Positions 13,420 through 24,934 of a DNA stretch of 64,000 nucleotides are shown here, piece after piece. Position numbers and translations under genes: made by a program. The DNA comes from Eledone cirrhosa (lineage: Eukaryota). The stretch's first letter is position 1, and each line of letters opens with the position of its first letter. The notes below the pieces were generated by a model. The model was not told the origin of the DNA. It did no database searches and saw nothing but the letters and a program-made list of their open reading frames with translations. Location of the stretch: positions 17,236,001-17,300,000 of the forward strand of contig OZ024748.1 of assembly GCA_964016885.1 (NCBI GenBank), written 5' to 3'.

Positions 13420-13900
13420 GATCCTGTTGTTGTGGTTGTTGTTGGTGGTGGTGTTGGTGGTGGCGGGCGTTGGCGTTGGTGGTGTTGGTGTTGGGGCTGT
13501 TGGTGGTGGTGTTTTTGGTTGTTGTTGTTGGTGTTGGTGTTGGGGCTGTTGGTGTTGGTGGTGGTGTTGGTGTCGGGGCTGTTGGTGGTGGTCTTTTTGG
13601 TTGTTGGTGGTGGTGGTAGTGGGGCTGATGATGGTGATGGTGTTGTTTTTGGTGTTTGTTGTTGGTAGTGGTGGTGGTGGTAGTTTTGGTGGTGTTGTTG
13701 GTGGTAGTGTTGTTGGTGGTGATGGTGATGGCGGTAGTGTTGTTGGTGGTGATCATAGTGTTGCTGGTGGTGCTAGTTTTGGTGGTGGTGCTGTTGTTGG
13801 CGGTACTGTTGCTGTTGTTGGTGGTAATGTTGTTGTTGGTGGTAATGTTGTTGTTGGTGGTAGTGTTGTTGGGGGTTGTGGTGCTGTCGCTGATGCTGTT
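13420..13900. repeat. (GGT/GTT)n degenerate trinucleotide repeat
   Basis: Directly visible. Confidence 0.9.
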
Positions 13901-14074
13901 GTTTAGTCATAGGTTAGCCTGGACCTATCAAACATGATCAAATGTGTTTTAGATAGGAGTTGTCTGCCTTTTCTTATGAAATTTCAGTCATAGTGTATCT
14001 AGGACTACATTTTCAAATGTTTCCATAAACAACTAAGAAAACCTGGCTGGTAGATTTCATTCATCATGCAATTT

Positions 14075-15760
14075 ACCACCACCCTCAACACCACCACCAC
14101 TACCAACATTTCCACCAGTACCACCACCACTCAAACCACTACCAGCACCAATACCAGTACCACCACCACTACTAACACCTATACTAGTACCACCACCACT
14201 GAAACCACTACCAGCACCAATACCAGTACCACCACCACTACTAACACCTATACTAGTACCACTACCAGCACCAATACCAGTACCACCACCACTACTAACA
14301 TTTCCACCAGTACCACCACCACTGAAACCACTACCACCACCAATACCAGTACCACCACCACTACTAACACCTATACTAGTACCACCACCACTGAAACCAC
14401 TACCACCACCAATACCAGTACCACCACCACTACTAACACCTATACTAGTACCACCACCACTGAAACCACTACCAGCACCAATACCAGTACCACCACCACT
14501 ACTAACACCTATACTAGTACCACTACCAGCACCAATACCAGTACCACCACCACTACTAACACCTATACTAGTACCACTACCAGCACCAATACCAGTACCA
14601 CCACCACTACTAACATTTCCACCAGTACCACCACCACTGAAACCACTACCACCACCAATACCAGTACCACCACCACTACTAACACCTATACTAGTACCAC
14701 CACCACTGAAACCACTACCAGCACCAATACCAGTACCACCACCACTACTAACACCTATACTAGTACCACCACCACTGAAACCACTACCACCACCAATACC
14801 AGTACCACCACCACTACTAACACCTATACTAGTACCACCACCACTGAAACCACTACCAGCACCAATACCAGTACCACCACCACTACTAACACCTATACTA
14901 GTACCACCACCACTGAAACCACTACCAGCACCAATACCAGTACCACCACCACCACTACTAACACCTATACTAGTACCACCACCACTGAAACCACTACCGG
15001 CACCACTAACACCACCACCACTACTAACACCTATACAAGTACCACCACCACTGAAACCACTACCAGCACCAATACCAGTACCACCACCACTACTAACACC
15101 TATACTAGTACCACCACCACTGAAACCACTACCAGCACCAATACCAGTACCACCAGCACTACTAACACCTATACTAGTACCACTACCAGCACCAATACCA
15201 GTACCACCAGCACTACTAACACCTATACTAGTACCACTACCAGCACCAATACCAGTACCACCACCACTACTAACACCTATACTAGTACCACTACCAGCAC
15301 CAATACCAGTACCACCACCACTACTAACACCTATACTACTACCACCACCACTGAAACCACTACCGGCACCAATACCAGTACCACCACCACTACTACCACC
15401 ACCACTGAAACCACTACCAGCACCAATACCAGTACCACCACCACTACTACCACCACCACTGAAACCACTACCAGCACCAATACCAGTACCACCACCACTA
15501 CTACCACCACCACTGAAACCACTACCGGCACCAATACCAGTACCACCACCACTACTACCACCACCACTGAAACCACTACCGGCACCAATACCAGTACCAC
15601 CACCACTACTACCACCACCACTGAAACCACTACCGGCACCAATACCAGTACCACCACCACTACTACCACCACCACTGAAACCACTACCAGCACCAATACC
15701 AGTACCACCACCACTACTACCACCACCACTGAAACCACTACCGGCACCACTAACACCGCC
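14075..15760. repeat. Higher-order (ACC/ACT)-derived minisatellite, units about 48-69 bp, stop-free on both strands
   Basis: Recurring ctgaaaccactaccagcaccaataccagtaccaccaccactactaacacctatactag. Gives a 582-aa Thr-rich (+) and a 580-aa Gly/Ser-rich (-) ORF with no unique domain. Confidence 0.85.
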
Positions 15761-15829
15761 ATATCTATATCTCTCTCTTTTTCTATGTATGTATCTCACA
15801 AAACTTTAGTTTAGCTTTAATAAAGACAA

Positions 15830-16150
15830 TATATGCTTTAGTGGTTAGAGCATTGAGCCTTCAATCATAAGGTTGTGAGTTGGAATCCTGAGCCGAGCGC
15901 CATGTTTTGTTCTTGAGCAAAACACTTTATTTTACGTTGCTCCAGTTCACTCAGCTGTAGAGATTAACTACGATGTCACTGGTGCCAAGCTGTATCAGCC
16001 ATTGCCTTTCTTTCCCTTGGACAACATCGGTGGCATGGATAGGAGAGACTGGTATGTATGGGTGACTACTGCTCTTCCACAAACAACCTTGCCCAGGCTT
16101 GTGCCTTGGAGAGAAACATTCTAGGTGCAAAACTATGGAAACCAAAGGAG
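15830..16150 (+). mobile_element. SINE with family-A head and alternative 3' module (A2)
   Basis: Same head and CORE-like part, then gatgtcactggtgccaagctgtatcagcc...aaacaaccttgcc. Also at about 23040 and 37718. Confidence 0.8.
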
Positions 16151-16165
16151 GCCTACAATATGTAT

Positions 16166-16507
16166 GGGGGCACATGGCTTAGTGGTTAGAGCATTGGCCT
16201 TGCAATCGAAAAGGTTGTGAGTTCAATTCTCAGACCGGGTGATGTGTTGTTTCCTTGAGCAAGACACTTTATTTCACATTGCTCCAGATTTACTCAGCTG
16301 TAGAAATGAGATGATAGGGACTGGGGTCGCTATCATTCCACTGCAAAGTGGTCGTGGAGGTGCCACGGAAAAAAAGCACCCAGCACTCACTGTAAATGAG
16401 GTTGGTGGTAGGAAGGGCATCCAGTTGTAGAAATCAAGCCAGAATCAGTTCCCATCCCACCCTTGCAAGCAGGGAAAAGTGGACATAAAATGAAATGATG
16501 ATGATGA
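16166..16507 (+). mobile_element. SINE family A
   Basis: Full copy ending aaaagtggacataaaatgaaatgatgatgatg. Confidence 0.9.
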
Positions 16508-16525
16508 TATATATATACATACATA

Positions 16526-16649
16526 CAGGGTGGCCCAAAAGCTGTGATACATAAAAAAAATAATTGTTTTATAAGAAACAATTTATTCAACATAACTAAA
16601 TATGGAAACTTAAAAATTTCCTATGTATTGCGACTTTTGGGCCACCCTG
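16526..16649. mobile_element. Tc1/mariner-type MITE
   Basis: TA|cagggtggcccaaaag ... cttttgggccaccctg|TA. Confidence 0.85.
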
Positions 16650-16675
16650 TATGTAAATATATATATATATAAACA

Positions 16676-16895
16676 AGGTGTGTGGCTGAGTGGTTAGAGA
16701 ATTGGATTCACAATCTTGAGGTTGTGAGTTCGATTCCTGGACCGGGCGATGCGTTATGTCCTTGAGCAGGACACTTTATTTCACGTTGTTCCTTCTACCT
16801 GGAGTTGCGACCGATAGATAGTATTAGCAACTGGAAAGACCGACGGAAACATTGTTTCCTTGGTCCGATTTGACGAAAGTCGATCAATCCTTTTT
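16676..16895 (+). mobile_element. SINE with family-A head and alternative 3' module (A3)
   Basis: Same head, then ccttctacctggagttgcgaccgatagatag...ggtccgatttgacgaaagtcga. Also at 39406 and 46965. Confidence 0.8.
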
Positions 16896-16954
16896 TATAT
16901 ATAAACAAATTAACTCGAATATCGAGTTTTAAGACGTGAGTGTATTAGAATTCA

Positions 16955-17244
16955 TAGGAAAATGGAAAAACTTGGTATATGGAAGTTGTTAAAACAGCAA
17001 AATGTTGTCGAAGCGGCGTTGGGTAAAATATTACCCCGAAAGACAGAAATTAGCGGCTCAATGTGAGTTGACTTGAAAAAAAGAAGATAGGAAGGAAGAA
17101 ATAGAATGGATGAAAGAGAATAGGTCACAAACATTAAAAAATGCTCGTCAGATCTCAACCTTCTGCAGTTTCAATGATTTAAATCGCTTTGACGGCATTT
17201 TGCTGTTTTAACAGCTTCCATATGCTGAGTGTTTCCATTTCCTA
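16955..17244. repeat. Imperfect inverted repeat, ~60-bp arms, ~170-bp spacer
   Basis: 16955-17015 vs 17185-17244, including atatggaagttgttaaaacagcaaaatg / cattttgctgttttaacagcttccatat. Confidence 0.8.
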
Positions 17245-17581
17245 CAAAAAAAAAAAAAATATATATATATATATATACGCGCTCATATATTCACCCAGCT
17301 TATGCTGACAGAATAACTATGTAGCTTGTGCCCTTCCTATCTACGGTTAGCTTTCCTCTTTGTTGTTTACTTGTCTCACTCGCTTTACGCGTTTTAATTG
17401 TCCTAATAACTTAATTTAGTTATTATTGCACCAACGTGAGGTATATGATTTTTAATGCAATGAAATATCTATGATCGTCGGCAAATCACTGATGAGGGAC
17501 TCATTTTATAACATGTTATCCATGTGCAACCTGCAGTATTCTTCTCCCCATTTTTTCACATATATATATATATATATATAT

Positions 17582-17885
17582 AGATTACAATAATCAAAGT
17601 TCAGTTTAAGTCATTTATTTGCTTACAATTGTTTCCTCCAAACCGAGGTTTGGATTCTTCGGAGCAACTATTTACTGATCTATAACATACTTGACCTCCT
17701 TTTCAACCCAAGAGACACATAAAACATATGCACATATTGATGTTTTATGTGTCTCTTGGGTTGAAAAGGAGGTCAAGTATGTTATAGATCAGTAAATAGT
17801 TGCTCCGAAGAATCCAAACCTCGGTTTGGAGGAAGCAATTGTAAGCAAATAAATGACTTAAACTGAACTTTGATTATTGTAATCT
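17582..17885. mobile_element. Fold-back island, 146-bp arms, with a hammerhead motif in each arm
   Basis: 17582-17727 vs 17740-17885, one mismatch seen. The right side continues unpaired to about 18055. Flanked by (TA)n. Confidence 0.88.
17619..17667 (-). ncRNA. Minimal type I hammerhead motif (core variant CCGAAGA)
   Basis: Reverse complement: ttgct-ccgaaga-a-tccaaac-ctcg-gtttgga-g-gaaa-c-aatt-g-ta-agcaa. The mirror copy on + at 17800-17848 has GAAA changed to GAAG. Confidence 0.68.
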
Positions 17886-18107
17886 CTATATAACTGCTCT
17901 GTAAAACAACTGATGTTATTACATTGAGCTATTTATCTTACTGGTAATAGGATAGTAATTAATGACTATCTTTCACTATTTAAGGTTTGTATATATAATA
18001 TATTACCATTAAAGGTTTTATTACATACATAACCATAAATAATACCCTTAATACTATATATATATATATGTATATCTATGTGTGTGTGTGTGTGTGCGTG
18101 TGTGTGT

Positions 18108-18320
18108 AAAAAGTAAACAGAAATAACACAGTACAATGAAGAAATATGTTAGTTTAATATTTGAAATAATAGGAAAAGTATCTTAACGTTTCAGACACTA
18201 CTCCTTCATTAGAAGATAGAATGGGAAATAAAAGATGAACTAGAAAGATAGAGGGGGAGAAGAGGAAGAAAAGGAAAAGAAAATTGAGAAAAAAAACGTG
18301 TATATTCAATCAGCCATTAC
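18108..18320 (-). mobile_element. Solo Penelope terminal-repeat-like fragment with degenerate hammerhead (18179-18218)
   Basis: Reverse complement tatctt-ctaatga-aggagtagtgtct-gaaa-cg-tt-aagata. Homologous to 28243-28380, which abuts a Penelope ORF. Confidence 0.7.
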
Positions 18321-18338
18321 ATATATATATATGTATAT

Positions 18339-18531
18339 AGGGCGGTGGACTGGCAGAATCAGTAGAGCGTCAGACACCCTGCTTCGCAGCACAGAGTTAC
18401 GTCCCTTTATGTGCTGAGTTCAAATTCCACTGAGATTAATTTTACCTTTCATCCTTATAGGGGTTGATAAAATAAAGCACCAGTAATACTCTGGGATAAT
18501 TGCTGGCCTTGTGCCAAAAGTAGAAACAATT
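18339..18531 (+). mobile_element. SINE family B (diverged)
   Basis: Same A/B boxes and central domain. Confidence 0.85.
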
Positions 18532-19202
18532 ATATATATATATATGTATATATATACACACATATACACGGGGAGAGAAAGAGAGATGCGTATAACACAA
18601 GCAAATGATACGCAGTTATGTTGAGGCCAACGACCTAGCAGCTGTAAATAATGACAGACACGACAGGAGGCTTAGAAAGAGCTACTGTCAAAGCTATAGT
18701 TTTCTTTTCTTTCTTTTAAATTTATCAATATATTGTAATGGCCATAAACACTGTGATTTTCCTGAAAATTGCACCAGCAACGACAGCAATGGATTTAATG
18801 AGGCGGCAAAGAGTATAATTGCTCTGGGCTCCCTAAAGTAGAGGGCTTCAACAGTGACAGCCATAGCAATATATTTGTGCACTCTTCTGCAATTTTTAGG
18901 TTTAAGAGGGTTAGATTTTTAAAATGTAATAATTGTATGTATTACTTTTTAATTCTAATTACTTGCACTGAGCTGAGTTTGATTATCAAAATTAGTGGAT
19001 TCCTGTGTGTGCTAATATTTTGTATATGAGCTTCCCCAACTTGAAGTGCCTTGGGCCCACCAAGGTCTAAATCTGGCCCTGGCAGGATCAGCAACACCAA
19101 CAAAGAGATTCTGATTTCAACCATTTAGTGTTAGAGTGAATGTTTTCAAAATGTTGAAGGCATTTGAAATAGATTCCCGAAACAACACATTTGAAATGGT
19201 GC

Positions 19203-19535
19203 ATCATCATTCATTTCGTTTTAAGTCCGCTTTTTCCCTGCTTGCAAGGGTGGGACGCGAACTGATTCTGGCTTCATTTCTACAGCTGGATGCCCTTCCT
19301 AACACCAACCTCATTTACAGTGAGTGCTGGGTGCTTTTTTGCCGTGGCACCTCCATGACCACTTTACAGTGGAATGATAAGGACCCCAGTCCCTATCATC
19401 TCATTTCTACAGCTGAGTAAACTGGAGCAATGTGAAATAAAGTGTCTTGCTCAAGGAAACAACACATCACCCGGTCTAAGAATTGAACTCACAACCTTTC
19501 GATTGCCAGGCCAATGCTCTAACCACTAAGCCATG
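19203..19535 (-). mobile_element. SINE family A
   Basis: Matches 974-1316. Confidence 0.9.
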
Positions 19536-19788
19536 TTTATGCAAATATACATCCACTCTTATTTACATTTACTCATATATGCAATTAGTGACCAGTACAC
19601 ATGCATAAACACACATACACACACACACATGTATATATTTCATCATCATCATTTAACATCCATCTTCCACACTTGCATGGGTTGGACAGTTTTTTTCCAC
19701 TTGAGGCGAGATTGGTCGGGTGATTGTGTCTCATTCAAACAAAACTGTCTTTGGCAGGTTTTTTACAGCTGGATGCCCTTCCTAACAC

Positions 19789-19831
<43 letters not shown>

Positions 19832-19899
19832 TCTCGCAAAATGTATACACACTTCAACAGTATTCTAATAAATATTGCCTGTACAGGTAATTAAAGTAT

Positions 19900-19933
19900 G
19901 TATATGTATACATTTGTGGGGGACAGCTTGTGC

Positions 19934-19968
<35 letters not shown>

Positions 19969-20001
19969 CACAAGCTGTCCCCCACAAATGTATACATATA
20001 C
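19900..20001. repeat. Palindrome centred on a (TA)n tract, 36-bp arms
   Basis: catttgtgggggacagcttgtgcct-(TA)n-aggcacaagctgtcccccacaaatg. Confidence 0.9.
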
Positions 20002-20027
20002 CCTGTGTGTGTGTATATATATATATA

Positions 20028-20371
20028 TCATCATTTCATCATCATTTCATTTTACGTCCGCTTTTCCCTGCTTGCAAGGGTGGGACGGGAACTGATTCTG
20101 GCTTGATTTCTACAGCTGGATGCCCTTCCTAACACCAACCTCATTTACAGTGAGTGCTGGGTGCTTTTTTGCCGTGGCACCTCTGCGACCACTTTACAGT
20201 GGAATGATAGAGACTCCAGTCCCTATCATCTCATTTCTACAGCTGAGTAAACTGGAGCAATGTGAAATAAAGTGTCTTGCTCAAGGAAACAACACATCAC
20301 CCGGTCTGAGAATTGAACTCACAACCTTTCGATTGCAAGGCCAATGCTCTAACCACTAAGCCATATGCCTC

Positions 20372-20372
<1 letters not shown>
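20028..20372 (-). mobile_element. SINE family A
   Basis: Matches 974-1316. Confidence 0.9.
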
Positions 20373-20439
<67 letters not shown>

Positions 20440-20570
20440 GTGTGTGTGTGTGTGTTTATATATATGAATGTGTGTGTATGTATATACATATGTGTACCAT
20501 CATTGCCATTTGAGTTTTAACGTCCTCTCTGTTAGCAAGATGTATATATAAATGTATATATGTGCATATA

Positions 20571-20603
<33 letters not shown>

Positions 20604-21189
20604 TGCGGTAGTGACGGTGGAAGTGTTTAATAAACTAGAACTTTAGTCTGTAAATGGAGTCAACCACCTTTTAACCATATAAAGGCTGGAGGTGGTGAAG
20701 GGGGGAAGAATTCCAATATTTAGGGAAATGGCTTCTTAAGAAAACAGATTAGCTGCATTTAAGCTAACACAATGAAATTTAAATGTGTGTTTGTGTATTG
20801 GTGTGTGTCTCTGTGTGTGTGTGTGTCTGTCTCTGTGTGTGTTTGTGTGTGTACATTTGTGTGTCTTTGTGTGTACATTTGTGTGTGCGTATGTATTGGT
20901 GTGTGTGTGTGTGTGTGTATATATTTGTGTGGATGTGTGCGTATGTATTGGGGTGTGTGGGAGGAATGAGTATTGGTGTGTATGTGTGTGCATGTGTGTG
21001 TACATGTGTGTGTGTGTATGTGTGTTTTGATCAATAACTGTAGTATGTTCTATGAAGATATTCCAGTTGTTAGAATTTGTAATAATTAAACTATTACTGA
21101 CCTGACCTGCTGTCATCACAGTCACAAGGAGAGAGCATGTAAACATATAGAGGTGTGTGTGTGTATGTGTGTGTATGTGTGTGTATAAA

Positions 21190-21787
21190 ATCATCATCAT
21201 CATTATACGTCAGCTTTTCCTTGCTTGCAAGGGTTAGACGGGTCCTATTCAGCACAGCATCTCTCCATTCGTCACGGTCCTTCATCATCTCCTCCGTGAG
21301 CTTCAGCAATCTGAAGTCTGCTCTCACCACCTCCGCCCATGATTTTACTGGTCTACCTCTACTGCGTCTTCCTTCTACTGGGATTTCTTGGCACTTCTTT
21401 ACCCACCGGTCATCTTCCATGTCTATCACATGTCCATACCATCTCGGCCTTCTCTCCTGCACACTACAACTTATCCCTCTCATACACAGTTTCTCCCTCA
21501 ACTCGTCTGTGATTCGTCGTTCAGGCACATTGACATTGCACATCCAACAGAACATGCTTGCTTCATTTCTCTCCAGCCATTGCATATCCTCTGCAGTTGC
21601 TGCCCATGTCTCACTACCATGCAGCATCGTGCATCTCACACAGGCTTCATATAACTGGCCTTTCTTTCAGAGAGAGAAACCCTTCTTTGTCAACAGAGGA
21701 AGCAGCTCCCTAAACTTCTTCCAACCTGTCCTTATTCTAGATACTATGGCCTCGGAGCACCCTCCTCCCATGCTAATCTGAGCACCT
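21190..21787 (-). mobile_element. RTE-clade LINE 3' fragment (RT C-terminus and 3' tail)
   Basis: ORF 21094-21639 contains MLHGSETW...RWYGHV...EGRRSRGRPVKSW, characteristic of RTE C-termini. Ends in (ATG)n. Confidence 0.88.
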
Positions 21788-21821
21788 AGGTATATTTATA
21801 TATATATATATACACATATAG

Positions 21822-22046
21822 GAAGTGCGTGGACAATGAGCACTGGGTGAAGAAATGCCAGGCAATCCCAGTGGAAGGAAGCCACAGCAGAGGAAAACCA
21901 AGAAAGACCTGGGCAGAGATGGTGAGATCTGACCTTATATAATTGAGACTCACAGAGGAGGTGACGAATGGAGAGATGCTGTGCTGAAAAGGACCCGTCC
22001 AAACCATGCAGGCATGGAAAAGTGGATGTAAAAATGATGATGATGA
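21822..22046 (+). mobile_element. Second, diverged RTE 3' end fragment
   Basis: tgggtgaagaaatgccaggcaatcccagtggaagg...aaaagtggatgtaaaaatgatgatg, homologous to the reverse complement of 21190-21420. Confidence 0.8.
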
Positions 22047-22212
22047 GGATATATATATATGCAGATATGTTTACATATACAACCAATAATGCACGAAATA
22101 CTGATTAGTTACCACCCCAAACACTAAATTGGGATAATACTTATCCTAATGTTTGTTGAGTGAGAGGAGTTGGTCGGAGTATCGCTTAAGGCTTTCTCTG
22201 TTTATGTATTGA

Positions 22213-22258
<46 letters not shown>

Positions 22259-22290
22259 AGATCAAAAGATGGTTAAAGGAGTTCCATATA

Positions 22291-22357
22291 TTTTATTATG
22301 CGCATTTCAAAAACAAACATCATCAAGCAATAATATTTGTGTTTTCATCAGATAAAA
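22291..22357 (-). ncRNA. Type I hammerhead ribozyme motif, canonical core
   Basis: Reverse complement: ttttat-ctgatga-aaacacaaatattatt-gct-tgatgatgtttgttttt-gaaa-t-gcgc-a-ta-ataaaa. Lies in a TA-flanked island at about 22255-22487. Confidence 0.78.
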
Positions 22358-22500
22358 CAGGAGAACATGATATGAAGGCTAAAAAACATTTGTGGATAGT
22401 GCAGTTTTAAATCAACATATATCCGATATCTGCATTGCTTTATTGTACTACAATAAAACTCACCTCCTACAAAAACTCACCTCCTATATATATATATATA

Positions 22501-22614
22501 TAGGGGAAGCACACATTGTAAAATTTTACTTGTGTGGCCTTTTTTGAAACTATATATATATATATAGTTTCAAAAAAGGCCACATGAGTAAAGTTTTACA
22601 ATGTGTGCTTCCCC

Positions 22615-22616
<2 letters not shown>
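22501..22616. repeat. Palindrome centred on (TA)8, 50-bp arms
   Basis: 22501-22550 vs 22567-22616 with 3 transitions. Confidence 0.9.
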
Positions 22617-22687
<71 letters not shown>

Positions 22688-22688
<1 letters not shown>

Positions 22689-22772
22689 TATTGGATCGTC
22701 AAGTATGAAATACGTAGAAATTTCTAATAAAAACACAAATCTCTACAAATTTCATACTTGACGCCCCAATAT
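22688..22772. repeat. Short imperfect fold-back island in (TA)n
   Basis: cgtcaagtatgaaat / atttcatacttgacg. Confidence 0.7.
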
Positions 22773-23460
22773 ATATATATAAATGTATACACACACACTG
22801 ATGTATACACACATAAAAATACGACTAATAATAATGGTTTCTGATCTTGGCACATGGCCAACAACTTTGGGGAAGGGCAAAGTCGATTAAATCAACCCCA
22901 GTGCATTACTGGTAGTTTATTTTATCAATCCCATAAGAGTGGAAGGCATAGCTCACCTCAGCAGGATTTGAACTCAGAGAATCGGAACAAATACCACAAG
23001 GTATTCTATCATTGACCACTATTACATATAATATATATAGCATGCTCTAACCATTAAGCTATGGGCTTGCAGTTGTGAGGTTGTAAGTTTGATTCTTTGA
23101 CCAGGTGATGTGTTGTGTCCTTGAGCAAGACTCTTTATTTCACGTTTCTCCATACGCATACACACATGTATATCATGACTCATACACTATTCACTTCCCT
23201 GACATGTATATTATTCTATGTACAATACATGCACCTTTGACGAGTTGTAGTGCACCTGAGCACTTTACACAATAATTTCATTATTATTATTATTACCAAG
23301 CTGTAGAAATGAGTTGTGACATCACTGGTGCCGAGCTGTATCAGCCCTTTGACATTCTCTTGGACAACATTGGTGGTACAGGGAGGAGAGACTGGTTTGC
23401 AGAGGTGACTGCTGGTCTTCCATAAACAACCTTGCCTGGATCTCTACCTTGGAGGGCAAC

Positions 23461-23784
23461 TGTCTAGACCGAAATGTCTAGACCAAAATGTCTAGACCAA
23501 AATGTCTAGACCGAAATGTCTAGACCAAAATGTCTAGACCAAAATGTCTAGACCAAAATGTCATGACCGAAATGTCATGACCGAAATGTCTAGACCGAAA
23601 TGTCTAGACCGAAATGTCTAGACCGAAATGTCTAGACCGAAATGTCTAGACCGAAATGTCTAGACCGAAATGTCTAGACCGAAATGTCTAGACCAAAATG
23701 TCTAGACCAAAATGTCTAGACTAAAATGTCTAGACCAAAATGACTAGACCGAAATGTCATGACAGAAATGTCATGACCGAAATG
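23461..23784. repeat. 14-bp minisatellite (tgtctagaccRaaa), about 23 copies
   Basis: Directly visible, starting at the 3' end of an A2-type SINE. Confidence 0.92.
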
Positions 23785-23955
23785 TGTCTTTATACTTTAC
23801 CCTTTATCCCTTTATATATAGCATATAATATATATAGCATGCAATATATACAGCATATATTATATATAGATAGCATATATGTACCATATTATATATATAC
23901 CATATAGCATATAAAATATATACCATATATATATAGCATGCAATATATACAGCAT

Positions 23956-24640
23956 GGATTGGCAGTATCGGTAGAGGGTCGGATGCCATGCTTTGACGCA
24001 TGGAGTTATGTTCCTTTACATTCTGTGTTTGAATCCCGCTGAGGTTAACTTTGCCTTTCATCCTTACGGGGTCGATAAAATAAAGTACCAGTAATGTACT
24101 GGGTAATTGCTGGCCTTGTGCCAAAGGTAGAAACAATTATATGTAGCATATAGCATGTAAAATATATAAAGCATATAATATATACGCTATATAATATATA
24201 TACCATATATATAGCATATAATATATATACCATATATATAGCATGTAATATATATACCATATATATAGCATACAATATATATATACCATATATATATAGC
24301 ATATAATATATATACCATATATATAGCATGTAATATATATACCATATATATAGCATACAATATATATATAACATATAATATATATAGCATATAATATATA
24401 TACCATATATATAGCATATATATAGCATACAATATATATAGCATATATTATATATATGGATTGGCAGTATCGGTAGAGGGTCGGACGCCATGCTTTGACG
24501 CATAGAGTTACGGCCCTTGCCATTCTGAGTTCAAATTCCGCCGAGGTTAACTTTGCCTTTCATCCTTACGGGGTCGATAAAATAAAGTACCAGTAATGCA
24601 CTGGGTAATTGCTGGCCTTGTGCCAAACGTAGAAACAATT
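23956..24640 (+). mobile_element. Two SINE family B copies (23956-24138, 24458-24640) within an atatagc/atatacc-rich repeat
   Basis: Both start at ggattggcagtatcggtagag. Confidence 0.85.
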
Positions 24641-24934
24641 ATATATACCATATCATACATATACCATAAAATATATATAGCATGTAAAATATATTTCTAT
24701 TCTAAACAATGTTAGTCTGTGTTCTAATATTTTTGGCTTTAACTGTGCACTTGAGATTAAAGTTTGTGTAATCCATTAGTGTTCAGTTGACCATAGCTAG
24801 ATAACTGTAGATGAATCCCAATTAGTGCTGCTTGTCACAGCAGAATATTAGATTTGAGACTCAGTTTAGGCTATTAAGATCTCATTAGGATCAGCTCACA
24901 TTTTATATCTCTGTCTATCTGAGGCTACACCAGT

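Noticed and set aside
16166-16240. tRNA-like sequence
   Set aside because: A/B boxes are SINE heads continuing into SINE bodies, with no complete cloverleaf.
11455-22616. A/G mismatches between hairpin arms as captured A-to-I editing
   Set aside because: Polarity is mixed (G is ancestral in some cases), which fits ordinary transitions, and there are too few sites.
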